A stretch of 63,128 nucleotides of DNA from a virus (lineage: Duplodnaviria > Caudoviricetes), in the IMG/VR virus record IMGVR_UViG_3300005588_000038, positions 1 through 63,128 of that record; one strand, written 5' to 3'. Positions 1-8,683 of the stretch are shown here, piece by piece. The notes under the pieces were generated by a model. The model was given only the letters and a program-made list of their open reading frames with translations, was not told the DNA's origin and searched no databases. Each line of letters opens with the position of its first letter. The stretch's first letter is position 1. A program made the translations under genes and the position numbers.

Positions 1-495
1 CCGCCGATGCCGCCCCGCCGATGCCGCCGCCGAATCCGCCGCCGACCATTCGTCGTCAGTGGCAGGTTCGCTTCGCAACGCTCGAAGATGCAAATCACGC
101 ACACCAGCGACGGCTCGATCTGTCAGTTTGTGGGACGCCAAGATGCCGGTCGCAGGATCCAGCAGCCAGGCAGCGAACTCGTGATGTGCGAGCGACAGAT
201 CAGCACCGATGGGGATGGCATCTGTTGAATCGATCACCCACGACGCGCACTGATCTGCTGGCAACCCCTCGAAAATCGCTTCGAGCCAGTAGGCGATTCG
301 TAAAGGGAAGCCGAATTTGTCTGCAATAGCCTGGTGTGGAGCTGAATCCAGGTGTGTCAGGCAGCCGAGATGGCAGCCTTTGTGACCATCGAAATACGTG
401 CCTTGGATGATCTCATCGGCATCGCGATGCGCTCGCAGTTGAGTCATTGTGTCGGCTTTGAGCTGTGGGTCATTGTGCCATGCGAGTGTTTTCAT
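1..495 (-). CDS. Phage hypothetical protein with Ser/Ala/Trp-rich C-terminal repeats (partial, runs off left end; not in ORF track)
   Basis: Hand translation from ATG at 495 behind AAGGAG: MKTLAWHNDPQLKADTMTQLRAHRDADEIIQGTYFDGHKGCHLGC...IFEGLP...AIPIGADLSL...DDEWSAADSAAASA; open to window edge. Confidence 0.85.
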   Translation of the reverse strand, partial: MKTLAWHNDPQLKADTMTQLRAHRDADEIIQGTYFDGHKGCHLGCLTHLDSAPHQAIADKFGFPLRIAYWLEAIFEGLPADQCASWVIDSTDAIPIGADLSLAHHEFAAWLLDPATGILASHKLTDRAVAGVRDLHLRALRSEPATDDEWSAADSAAASAGRHRR

Positions 496-532
496 CGACC
501 AGGTCTCCTTGAGGAGTGGAAGAAAGTGCCCG

Positions 533-639
533 ACCCGCCGCCGCTGGCCAACGCCAGGGCGGAACGATTACGCCGCGACGTGCCGCGTGGCTGTGATCCG
601 GCTCGGGGCAGACCGGCAGCCACGCGGGCGGCGACGGGT
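533..639 (-). ncRNA. Candidate structured multi-stem RNA in intergenic region
   Basis: Closing stem 533-544/628-639 (G-U pair only on minus strand), perfect 11-bp stem 583-593/617-627, short hairpin 544-557. Confidence 0.4.
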
Positions 640-645
640 GCTGTG

Positions 646-873
646 TCAGCGGACTGGCGATCCTGAAATCACCCCGTGTCTGCAGTCGACTGACCACTGG
701 TGGTGGCCAGTCGTCGTGTGAATGCAGACTCTCCACGACGGGCAGTCGTAGCGGATGAGATGAATACTTGTTGCCCAGTTGAACTGGGCAAAGTGACTCT
801 GGATGGCGCTAAACTCGCGGCGTCGAACCGCACGCAGGTAGACGAGGTATACGCTATTCACAATGTTTCTCAT
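646..873 (-). CDS. Early hypothetical protein
   Basis: GGAGG RBS before ATG; directly downstream of repeated promoter. Confidence 0.7.
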   Translation of the reverse strand: MRNIVNSVYLVYLRAVRRREFSAIQSHFAQFNWATSIHLIRYDCPSWRVCIHTTTGHHQWSVDCRHGVISGSPVR

Positions 874-909
874 TTCTGCCTCCGTTGCACCCGGGCCACC
901 GGGCTGAGG

Positions 910-1010
910 TTGTTGCTGTGTGCAGCGTGTTTGCTGCTGTGCGGCGTGCAGTGTAGCAGCGTTGCAAACGCTTGCAAGCGTTTTTGTGCTGCTACTTTAT
1001 CGTTTTTTCT
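910..1010 (-). promoter_or_regulatory. Repeated early promoter/leader copy 1 (TTGCAA-N16-TACACT, extended -10 TG, A-tract upstream)
   Basis: -35 at 972-977, -10 at 950-955; ~100 bp near-identical to 2621-2727. Confidence 0.75.
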
Positions 1011-1335
1011 GCTGCACTGCCTGTGTGTAGGGATTGGTTTTGATTCTGATTTTTTCGACACCATCAGCCGTCTTGACGAATCGAAACACTTCGCAGTCGG
1101 TGGATAGTACACCTGATAGAAAATCGATACTGCCGGTGTGGTATCCGATTCTCTCGTAGCTCTGAATTGACGCACCGTTCTTACCTTCACCTGACCACAC
1201 ATCGTGCAGTGAGATGGTGATGCAGACGCATTCGTTTCCAGTGCGAATGCCGCGCTGGTAGTGTTCGTTGTTGGAGTCAAGGCCGCATATGCGGTTGATC
1301 TCGGCTTGGCGGATTTGGGCAGTTGATTGCGGCAT
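997..1335 (-). CDS. Early hypothetical protein
   Basis: AAGGA RBS, co-oriented in leftward operon. Confidence 0.7.
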   Translation of the reverse strand: MPQSTAQIRQAEINRICGLDSNNEHYQRGIRTGNECVCITISLHDVWSGEGKNGASIQSYERIGYHTGSIDFLSGVLSTDCEVFRFVKTADGVEKIRIKTNPYTQAVQQKKR

Positions 1336-1407
1336 GATTTCTGTTCCTTGTCTCTACGAAATCGGTGCAGAATAGGCTGGTCCGGACCTGGCAGAATAGG
1401 CCGCGGC

Positions 1408-1686
1408 CTACAGAGAAGAGAGAGCCTTTTGGACTCGATCTGTGTAGATGCTTCGAGCTTGTTTGGGATTTTTGGCAACAAATCCCTTCTCGATGAGTCT
1501 GGTCAGGTAGTAACGAACAGAGAACGTTGATTTGAGACCCGTGTATCTGCACAGTTCGTGCAGACTCGGTGCTGAGAGGTTCTCTCTCCAGTGGCTGTTG
1601 ATGGCCGTGTACAAATCGAGTTCACGTTCGCTGAGAACGGCAGCCGGTTTGCCTTGGGGTTCGAGTGCCGGTGTCGTTTCGGTCAT
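1408..1686 (-). CDS. LexA-type winged-helix DNA-binding protein lacking peptidase domain
   Basis: LSERELDLYTAI...APSLHELCRYTGLKSTFSVRYYLTRLIEKGFV...ARSI matches the LexA N-terminal domain pattern; 92 aa only. Confidence 0.8.
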   Translation of the reverse strand: MTETTPALEPQGKPAAVLSERELDLYTAINSHWRENLSAPSLHELCRYTGLKSTFSVRYYLTRLIEKGFVAKNPKQARSIYTDRVQKALSSL

Positions 1687-1789
1687 CGGTGTTGGTTCCT
1701 TTTCGGAGACTAGAGACTAGAGTGCATTGTGATTGCGGTAAGAAATGCGGATGTGTGCTGCAGCGTGTTTGCTGCTGTGGACTGCGGAC

Positions 1790-2350
1790 TTATTCACTAC
1801 GCAGAAGGGCAGCCAGGACAGCGACGGCATGGCCGGCTCGGGCCATCGTTGCCGATGATGATATTGCTGCCCATGCGGATTGGGTCGCCGGCACCATTGA
1901 TTCTGAGTGCCACGCTGCCGACCATGCCGAAAACGCCGCCGAAGAGGACAGGCTCCACTCTGCTGCTGCATCTTCTGCATTCCAAGCAGTTTTCGCCGCC
2001 TCTGACTTCTGCTTCAACTCTTCTTCAGTAATCTCACCAGCAGCAAAAGCTCTCGCAGCAGAGACTGCCGCCCAGCTTCGCTGGTCGGGTTCTCTGCCTG
2101 CTGCTCTCTCTTGGAGCATCGCACGTTCTGCGCAGGCGGCGGCGAAGAGGCGGAGTACTCCATCAGGGAGTACTTCTGAGTGGACAACCATGCACAGTCT
2201 GTCGCCTGCAGGAATTCGTCGCCATCCACCGTCTTTTCGAGTCAAAATCTCGAGAGGAGTGAGTGGTCGGTCGAAGAGTTTTTCGAGTTTTTCTGGATAA
2301 TAGTTGGTCAGTTGCTTGGCTTGCGCCTCTTTGAATGAGATCGTGCTCAT
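1790..2350 (-). CDS. Imm-5-like / Ala-Trp-rich phage protein
   Basis: LRLFAAACAERA...DQRSWAAVSAARAFAAGEITEEEL followed by AAW/SAAW repeats; AGGAG RBS. Confidence 0.7.
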   Translation of the reverse strand: MSTISFKEAQAKQLTNYYPEKLEKLFDRPLTPLEILTRKDGGWRRIPAGDRLCMVVHSEVLPDGVLRLFAAACAERAMLQERAAGREPDQRSWAAVSAARAFAAGEITEEELKQKSEAAKTAWNAEDAAAEWSLSSSAAFSAWSAAWHSESMVPATQSAWAAISSSATMARAGHAVAVLAALLRSE

Positions 2351-2381
2351 TGTGCTGTGCTCCTGTTGAACAGACTGCTGC

Positions 2382-2597
2382 TTAGAGCAATTCTTTAAGA
2401 ATTGCGATTATTTCATCGTTGTTTTCGTCGAGGCTCTCTAGCCAAGCCAAGAGATCTGTGGCTTCATCGTTGTTTTCGTTTTCAAGTTCGGCATCATTCC
2501 AATTCTTGAGTTCTTCGAGAACTTTCTTGTAATTGACGATGGCTGAGTTTAGCTGGCGAATTCGGTGCTCGACAGGTTTAATCAGTCTGTTGCTCAT
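2382..2597 (-). CDS. Early hypothetical helical acidic protein
   Basis: Directly downstream of promoter copy 2. Confidence 0.7.
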   Translation of the reverse strand: MSNRLIKPVEHRIRQLNSAIVNYKKVLEELKNWNDAELENENNDEATDLLAWLESLDENNDEIIAILKELL

Positions 2598-2620
2598 TGT
2601 TTTCTGTGCTTCTGTTTAGG

Positions 2621-2727
2621 TTGTGTTGCTGTTTGCAGCGTGTTTGCTGCTGCGTTGCGTGCAGTGTAGCAGCGTTGCAAGCAATTGCAAGCGTTTTTGT
2701 GCTGCTACTTTATCGTTTTTTTTTTTG
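2621..2727 (-). promoter_or_regulatory. Repeated early promoter/leader copy 2
   Basis: -35 TTGCAA 2685-2690, -10 TACACT 2663-2668. Confidence 0.75.
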
Positions 2728-2736
2728 CGATGCAGC

Positions 2737-3276
2737 TTACAGCCAATCCTCAGCATCCGCTCCAATTGCACACGGTACCGTTTCTGGTACCAAAATCTGA
2801 TCCGTGCAGTGTATAGCAGACTCAGTTTTGGTACCGCAAACACCAGATTCTGTGGCGGCTATCTGGTGCGAGTAGTCACTTAGCACTTCAACGAACAGCA
2901 ACGCTGCTTCCTCGCTGAAGTTATCGTGGATTGTTGCTGTGAGACAGGACGCAGGTTGCACAGGATCTCCTAAGCAACCCAGGACGAGATCGAGCATCTC
3001 AGTATACCAATCTTCGTACCATTCTGCAGCGTCGGCGGCTTCGTTGTAAGCAGCTTCGTCGTCGTCTCTGAGTTGTTTTGAGATTACAGGAACGCCATCC
3101 TCGCAGGCAATTTGCATCATCCAAATCCCGTCTTCTTCGGTGACGGTGACGGTATTTCCGGATGCGATGGCGTTGGCATTGCCGAAACTCCAGCCGTGTG
3201 CGCTGTAGATTGATGCTTCGGTGAAGGCTTCATTCAATTCGTTGGCGAGTGCTTGGGCGGTTGTTGATTGGGTCAT
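2737..3276 (-). CDS. Highly acidic early hypothetical protein
   Basis: Likely start MTQSTT at 3276 behind AAAGGA; D/E-rich. Confidence 0.7.
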   Translation of the reverse strand: MTQSTTAQALANELNEAFTEASIYSAHGWSFGNANAIASGNTVTVTEEDGIWMMQIACEDGVPVISKQLRDDDEAAYNEAADAAEWYEDWYTEMLDLVLGCLGDPVQPASCLTATIHDNFSEEAALLFVEVLSDYSHQIAATESGVCGTKTESAIHCTDQILVPETVPCAIGADAEDWL

Positions 3277-3336
3277 CGTGTTTATTCCTTTGCGAAGACG
3301 TGTGCGTTGCTGTGTGCTGCTGTTGACGCGATGCGT

Positions 3337-3391
3337 AAAAGGACGGGGAGCTGCACGCTGCACAGCACGAACAGACGTGCAGCTCCCGTCC
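3337..3391 (-). terminator. Putative intrinsic terminator / hairpin
   Basis: ggacggggagctgcacg (3341-3357) / cgtgcagctcccgtcc (3376-3391), then UUUU on minus strand, after the 3406-4203 gene. Confidence 0.55.
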
Positions 3392-3405
3392 CAGCACAAT
3401 GAGCC

Positions 3406-4203
3406 TTACCAATGTGCCCAGCAGTTTCGGAGAGCTGCCCACAACCCAGAATCCAGATCATCAACGTCGAATTCACTGCTGCTTGTGCTGGAGCAGTTGT
3501 TCTCTGTTACCATGTGGTATGAGCACCGGTATTGGTATTCGCTACCATCATCGCTGCGTAGGCCGTATGAAGTGCATTTTTCTCGGCGTACGTGTACCAA
3601 TACTCGTCGCCATGCACCGCTGCGGGAGTGGGATTCGATTCTCTGTTCAGTCAAAGCCGGCGGCAGCTCTACGAGAGCAAACAAGGACTCATCGGTTTGT
3701 TCTTTGCACAGAATACGAAGTTCACCGCCATCCGCAGCGATGGCGGCTTTGAGTTCAGCCAGTTCTTCGGCTTCTCTTTTTGCGATTTTGGCGAGATGTT
3801 CTTCGTGTTTTTTTCGTTTACGCGCTCTCCTCGATGCCTTCCGGATTGATTGGACTGTCAGATAGGCTTTGTTTCGAGTACAGTATTCGCCGCTGAGCCA
3901 TCGCGATTTTTCATTCCATCTGCGAGTGCAAGAGCACTTAGAACCCCTAAGGGTCGGGCCGTACCAAGTAGAGCTGAGTTCGAAGATGAGTACAGTGTCT
4001 TTCGTGTGTTCGTTGTCGTCTGCGTATCGGCATTTGAACTGCCGCTTGGTGACTTTGATGACTACCAGCTCTCGGCTGTTTTTGCTGTAGTACATCTTGT
4101 CGCCTACGCGGACGTTGTAGTCTTTGAGATTAACCTCAAGCTGCTGTTTGCAGGCTTGTTTGTGGGCGACGGTTTCTTCGGTGATTGTGCTGCGTGTGCT
4201 CAT
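3406..4203 (-). CDS. First leftward early gene, hypothetical
   Basis: 265 aa ORF with AGGAG RBS downstream of promoter copy 3. Confidence 0.8.
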   Translation of the reverse strand: MSTRSTITEETVAHKQACKQQLEVNLKDYNVRVGDKMYYSKNSRELVVIKVTKRQFKCRYADDNEHTKDTVLIFELSSTWYGPTLRGSKCSCTRRWNEKSRWLSGEYCTRNKAYLTVQSIRKASRRARKRKKHEEHLAKIAKREAEELAELKAAIAADGGELRILCKEQTDESLFALVELPPALTEQRIESHSRSGAWRRVLVHVRREKCTSYGLRSDDGSEYQYRCSYHMVTENNCSSTSSSEFDVDDLDSGLWAALRNCWAHW

Positions 4204-4282
4204 TGTGCTGTGCTCCTGTTTAGGAAGGTTGCTGTGTTACGCTGTACAGTGCTGCGTACTGTGCTGCGTGCTTGCTGCGTGT

Positions 4283-4335
4283 ATTGTACGCAGTGCTACA
4301 AGCAATTGCAAGCTTTTTTGTGCTGCTTTTTTGCA
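4283..4335 (-). promoter_or_regulatory. Early promoter copy 3 (TTGCAA-N17-TACAAT)
   Basis: -35 4306-4311, -10 4283-4288, A-tracts upstream; near sigma70 consensus. Confidence 0.75.
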
Positions 4336-4598
4336 ATTTGCTGTAAGTTACTGCTACACAAGCAGTTGCAGCAACATGCAAAGCATGTTTTTGCTGTGGT
4401 ACACTTAGTTGGTGCACGCAAGTACATGTTTTGCGTAGCAGCACGCACTACAGCAGCATAAGCAGTTGCAGCAACGTGCATAGTATGCGTTGCAATTGCG
4501 TGTATTATAGCGTGCTGCTGTGCTTATAGCTGCGCAGTGCTGCACTGCGTTTGTGCTTGCTGTGCGTAGTGCTGTGTGTGCTTAGTGCTTAACGTTAA

Positions 4599-4740
4599 TG
4601 GCTAGCGCTAATGAGTGTATGAGAGTTGCTGATGAGCAAGCGCAGCGCAGCAACACAACACGCACACAGTGGCTAGCGCTAGCCGTTAGCGCAAAGTTAG
4701 CGCTAGCCACTGCACACAATCCAAGCCGTTAGCGCTAGCC
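4599..4740. repeat. Four copies of GGCTAGCGCTA / TAGCGCTAGCC including a perfect 15-bp inverted repeat
   Basis: Copies near 4600, 4671, 4698 and 4730; cagtggctagcgcta 4667-4681 pairs with tagcgctagccactg 4698-4712. Confidence 0.85.
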
Positions 4741-5037
4741 GCACGCATAAGCACCACAGTGCACCACGTGCTGCTCGCGCAGCACTTTACAGCACAAAGC
4801 ACGTACTGCACTGCAAACGCACCACACAACGCAAACTGTGCGTAGCGTTTTGCTGTAGCGTCCTGCTGCATGTTGCATTTCGCAGCGTTGCATTTTGCGG
4901 CAGTGCACAGATGCGTGTTTGATTTTGCAACGGTGCATGGTTGTGCAGTAGTGTAGGTGTGCTTGGTTCTAGAAAAAGCGGTGGTGCGGTTTGGCGCCGC
5001 TTTTGATACCACTTCTCATCAAATCGCTTCAAATCGC

Positions 5038-5100
5038 TAATCGCCGCCAAAACCATTACTGAATCCGCTTAATCGCCACCAAAACCATTACCGAATCGCT
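5038..5100. repeat. Imperfect ~32-bp tandem duplication taatcgccRccaaaaccattacYgaatc
   Basis: Two adjacent copies read directly. Confidence 0.8.
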
Positions 5101-5769
5101 TTCGTTACCGTACTCGCCTGTCCCAGAACCAACACCAGTACCAGAATCCCGCGAACCGGATTCAGATTTGATTTTGAGTTTCAGGGAAACAGCCAGTACC
5201 GTACAAACCACCAGGTCACCAGTAACCGTATCCAAATTCTAACCTACTAGAGTCCCTGCCTAAGGTAGAGAAAACTCAAACCAATAGCAGTGTACCAGGG
5301 CAGCTAACGGTACCGGAAACGGTAAGCCTGGTAGTAGAATAATCAACACCGTAATCGTAACCAGAACCGCAACCACATGCCTAGGACTCTCCAGTAGAAG
5401 AAGAGATAACCGCAACCGGCACCGGAAGCACCGCCGAATCCCACCGTATTCTGTAAAAGAGGAATCCCAGGCTTCTAATGGAATAGATGCAGATTAAAAA
5501 TAAACAGGTGGATCTGGTGCGGATCATTTATTCTTTCTGGGAATTCTTACCAAAATGGTACCAAATGTACCGGGTCGGCCGCAGGGCGCAGGTGCTAAAA
5601 TGGTACCGAAAACAAGAGAGTTCAGTAAATCCAGGTGTTTGGATTTGTTTGGGACAGTGAAAAATTAGGTGCTGAAAGTTGGGATTCCGACTAAATTCAG
5701 TGGATTAGAACTGATGTAGACGTAGAAGTGTTGGTCAAGTGGATTTTGGATGCCTGGAGAATTCAAATA

Positions 5770-6387
5770 ATGAGTGACGAGATGAAAATCAGTAAATGGG
5801 ATATCCAGAAATGGATCGAACGAGCTGCTCTAGAAAAAGAGGAGTTCCTGGTTCCTGAATGGGCTGGTGATACTTTTGCTCCGAATCTGGAGCAGATAGA
5901 AGACCTGGTAGACAGACTCCAACCGGTTGTGGATGAGTGGTTGGATCGGCATGAGTTGAGAGTAGAGTACCGAAACCCGAAAGCAGAACAAACTCCGAGG
6001 AGAAACGAGATGAAGCAGCAAAAGACGATCGATGAAATGATTGCAGTCATGGAAGCTGCACGTGATGGGAAAACCATCGAGCGGCTTAGGATTGGAAATG
6101 ACAGGGACGAGAATAACTGGTTGACGTGCATCGTCGAACCCTTTGACTGGAACTGGGCGGAGTATGATTATCGAGTCAAGTTTGAACCGAAATTCTACCA
6201 ATTGGTAGAAATCAAGCGAGTAGACGTACCATTTCCATTTCCTCTTCGTAAGGCAGAGAGCTTTAGTGATCCAGTCATTTTGGCTCTACCTGCAGGAGAC
6301 GATCCAGCAGAAGCACCGATACTGAAGAATGCAGAATGGACTCTTCTTGGAGTGTTTCAAGAAGTGGAATCAGCAAAGGAAGAGTAG
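5770..6387 (+). CDS. Hypothetical protein (possible two-gene fusion; internal RBS+ATG at 6010)
   Basis: First rightward ORF; C-half MIAVMEAARDGKTIE...WNWAEYDYRVK is a familiar phage small-protein motif. Confidence 0.75.
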   Translation: MSDEMKISKWDIQKWIERAALEKEEFLVPEWAGDTFAPNLEQIEDLVDRLQPVVDEWLDRHELRVEYRNPKAEQTPRRNEMKQQKTIDEMIAVMEAARDGKTIERLRIGNDRDENNWLTCIVEPFDWNWAEYDYRVKFEPKFYQLVEIKRVDVPFPFPLRKAESFSDPVILALPAGDDPAEAPILKNAEWTLLGVFQEVESAKEE

Positions 6388-6449
6388 AAATTGAGAGTAG
6401 CGGGCAGCCGCTCTCAAGAACAGTCAACAATCAAACAAGGAGAGAATCG

Positions 6450-6806
6450 ATGAACCGGAAAGAAAGGCTTTGTGTTGCTGGATTTTTGTTGGTCGCGGCG
6501 AGCTTCGTGGTATTGAGTGCGTGGTTCGCATACGGAACTGCCGAGACAGTTACTGCGACAGTCACCAAGACGGAGAGAATCACAACAGGTAGCGGTGAAG
6601 ACATTCGCAGCAAGTATCTGGTGTTCACTACAGAAGAAACTTTCGAGAATACCGATTGCCTGTGGTACGGAAAGTACAACTCATCAGATATCCAAGGACG
6701 GTTGGTACCGGGGACGTACTCGATGAAAGTCTACGGATGGAGAATTCCATTCCTCTCAAGCTACCGAAACATTGTGGAAATCCAGGAAGTAAAATCCAAA
6801 GAGTGA
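6450..6806 (+). CDS. DUF1523-like membrane-anchored phage protein
   Basis: N-terminal TM; KYLVFT..ETFENTD...K.NSSD...VYGWRIPFLSSYRNI; AAGGAG RBS. Confidence 0.7.
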   Translation: MNRKERLCVAGFLLVAASFVVLSAWFAYGTAETVTATVTKTERITTGSGEDIRSKYLVFTTEETFENTDCLWYGKYNSSDIQGRLVPGTYSMKVYGWRIPFLSSYRNIVEIQEVKSKE

Positions 6807-6819
6807 GGATGGAGTAGCC

Positions 6820-7167
6820 GTGTTTGAGATTGAGAACAAACCAGGCGGAGATTGTCCTTCAGAAACTCCAGCTGATAAGTTGAGGTTGCCGCCGGAAGGA
6901 ACGAGTGTTGGTTACAGACGAGATGACGGGACGATGTGGTTTGCCTGTACTGTGGCAGACGATGATGCCAGCAACGAAGAAAAGCCAGGAATTGCAGTCT
7001 GCGAGTACGCAGGAAATTACTTGAACCCGCCTCTCTATAGAACAATTGCAGTCTTCGAACCAAAGAAGATCGTGATTTTGTCTTGGAGCTGCACCGTCAG
7101 TGTGTTGTGCTTGTGCGGTAGCAGATCTGGGATTACGGCCAGAAAATCCATCAGAGGAGTAGCATAG
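6820..7167 (+). CDS. Hypothetical protein
   Basis: GGAG RBS, operon context. Confidence 0.55.
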   Translation: MFEIENKPGGDCPSETPADKLRLPPEGTSVGYRRDDGTMWFACTVADDDASNEEKPGIAVCEYAGNYLNPPLYRTIAVFEPKKIVILSWSCTVSVLCLCGSRSGITARKSIRGVA

Positions 7168-7622
7168 TGAAAGACGGATCAATCCGATGGCCCTTTAAGC
7201 CTGAATCTCTCGATCAATTAAGAAAACGACTTCCAGCAGCCATCGAGACCCCTCAGGTTTGCACCGGACCAGAAGAGAGCTGGCCGGTACCGAGTCAGAT
7301 GCGGGAACACATCTTTGATTTCTACAGTGGTTTGCGGTTGATTGTTTCTCGTGATCATTTTGAGGACGAAGAACCTCCACTAAGAGGAATTCATTTTTCA
7401 GCATCACTGGTTATCCAATCTGGGCCGTTATTCACTCGACTCATGTCAACGGCTTTACGAAGTGGTCGGGATGCTTCTGACAAGAGATTTCAGCAAGAAG
7501 CATTGGTAGCTTGGCAGGCACTGACAGAAGGTGTATTCAAGAAACCGATATTGGTACATGTCTCCGAAGAGAAGTGTGTTCCTCATTGGATGATTTTCGA
7601 CGAATCGGAGGTAACGGAATGA
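7167..7622 (+). CDS. Hypothetical protein
   Basis: GAGGAG RBS; overlaps neighbours. Confidence 0.7.
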   Translation: MKDGSIRWPFKPESLDQLRKRLPAAIETPQVCTGPEESWPVPSQMREHIFDFYSGLRLIVSRDHFEDEEPPLRGIHFSASLVIQSGPLFTRLMSTALRSGRDASDKRFQQEALVAWQALTEGVFKKPILVHVSEEKCVPHWMIFDESEVTE

Positions 7623-7996
7623 CTGACGAGCTTCAAAGAGCGGCGGAACGCCTGCGAGCGTGTAACTATGAGTCTGACTGGGATCTTGACGGCGCGTCGT
7701 TCCAGCAGATATCCGACTGGCAAGCACTTGCGAAAGCCTACCTTGCCGAGCATCCGGCGGACGATGGCGAAGCCGTGACGGTAGAGTGGTTAGAGTCAAT
7801 CGGATGGCTAGAGGACCAAACGGGATGGCCAGCGATCTGCCTGCGTGAGACATCGGAGTGGGGAATCTCGTGGCGAGGGCATGGTATCTGGTTGACACCA
7901 ATGTCTGTGCCGCTGTACAGGGCTCCAACACGCGGCGATGTACGGCGCCTGTGCCGGGCTCTGGGGATCGCACTGAAAGAAACAACCAATGGCTGA
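7619..7996 (+). CDS. Hypothetical protein
   Basis: GGAGG RBS, ATGA overlap. Confidence 0.75.
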   Translation: MTDELQRAAERLRACNYESDWDLDGASFQQISDWQALAKAYLAEHPADDGEAVTVEWLESIGWLEDQTGWPAICLRETSEWGISWRGHGIWLTPMSVPLYRAPTRGDVRRLCRALGIALKETTNG

Positions 7997-8007
7997 GAGG
8001 AAGCAAG

Positions 8008-8268
8008 ATGAGTGACGAGAACCTTAATCACTGGAAAACAGTCAGCCGGGAACACTCAACTATCGTCGATTTCTTAGAGTGGTTAGAAGCCCGCGGCGTT
8101 CGCTTGGATTTTGATTCTAATGATGCACGAGAGCACTTTAAGACATTCGACAGCCAGAAATTCCAGAATCTGGCTGATGAGTTCTTTGAGGTTGATCGGC
8201 AAGGCCTAGAAAAGGAAAGACGGCAGCTACTGCGGAATATCCAAAAGGATGCAGCCGATGAATCGTAA
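8008..8268 (+). CDS. Hypothetical protein
   Basis: GAGG RBS before ATG 8008. Confidence 0.7.
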   Translation: MSDENLNHWKTVSREHSTIVDFLEWLEARGVRLDFDSNDAREHFKTFDSQKFQNLADEFFEVDRQGLEKERRQLLRNIQKDAADES

Positions 8269-8443
8269 GAAAACCAGATTGATCTGCTCTTGCCTGGCTG
8301 GATGTGTCTGTGGGAATCTAGTGGGTCTTGGTTTTTCTGTTGTGTACGCTCCAGATAAAGTCGATCCAGGTTTTCTGCAGACGGACGTAGTATTGAACAG
8401 TGCCTTGCTTCTCGTTATCCTCTGGGTTTGGTTGAGGAATTGA
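8258..8443 (+). CDS. Small two-TM membrane protein
   Basis: Two hydrophobic segments. Confidence 0.55.
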   Translation: MNRKKTRLICSCLAGCVCGNLVGLGFSVVYAPDKVDPGFLQTDVVLNSALLLVILWVWLRN

Positions 8444-8446
8444 GAT

Positions 8447-8677
8447 ATGAAAAGAAGAAACTCCGGCAATTCCATCGAGGATCGATTCAATGTATCTCGC
8501 CAAGAGCTCCGTTGGTGGGTTCGTCCGTTTTCGAAATCTACTATCATCTTCTTGGTAGTAGTTTGTTTTCCTCTCTATTTAATTTACGGACTACTTCGCG
8601 GTGCGGTTGATGGATTGGCTACCGGATTGGTCTCATGGAAAGAAGAACTCCACAAACTCATTTTCCTGGAAAGGTAG
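8447..8677 (+). CDS. Small membrane protein
   Basis: Hydrophobic TIIFLVVVCFPLYLIYGLL; GAGG RBS. Confidence 0.55.
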   Translation: MKRRNSGNSIEDRFNVSRQELRWWVRPFSKSTIIFLVVVCFPLYLIYGLLRGAVDGLATGLVSWKEELHKLIFLER

Positions 8678-8683
8678 TGTCCC

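Noticed and set aside
533-639. tRNA gene
   Set aside because: No TTCRA T-loop, anticodon arm geometry or CCA
1-870. GC-rich left end as host chromosome flank / prophage boundary
   Set aside because: Minus strand encodes phage-type early genes with RBSs continuing the leftward operon; no att site or integrase seen
910-4335. Dispersed repeats as mini-CRISPR or DGR template/variable repeats
   Set aside because: They are intergenic, precede genes and contain -35/-10 boxes; no reverse transcriptase or adenine-specific divergence
3221-5056. Cys/Ala/Leu-rich ORFs in the track (e.g. 3850-4461 +, 4686-5012 -)
   Set aside because: Antisense shadows or by-products of TG/CA low-complexity DNA; no RBS
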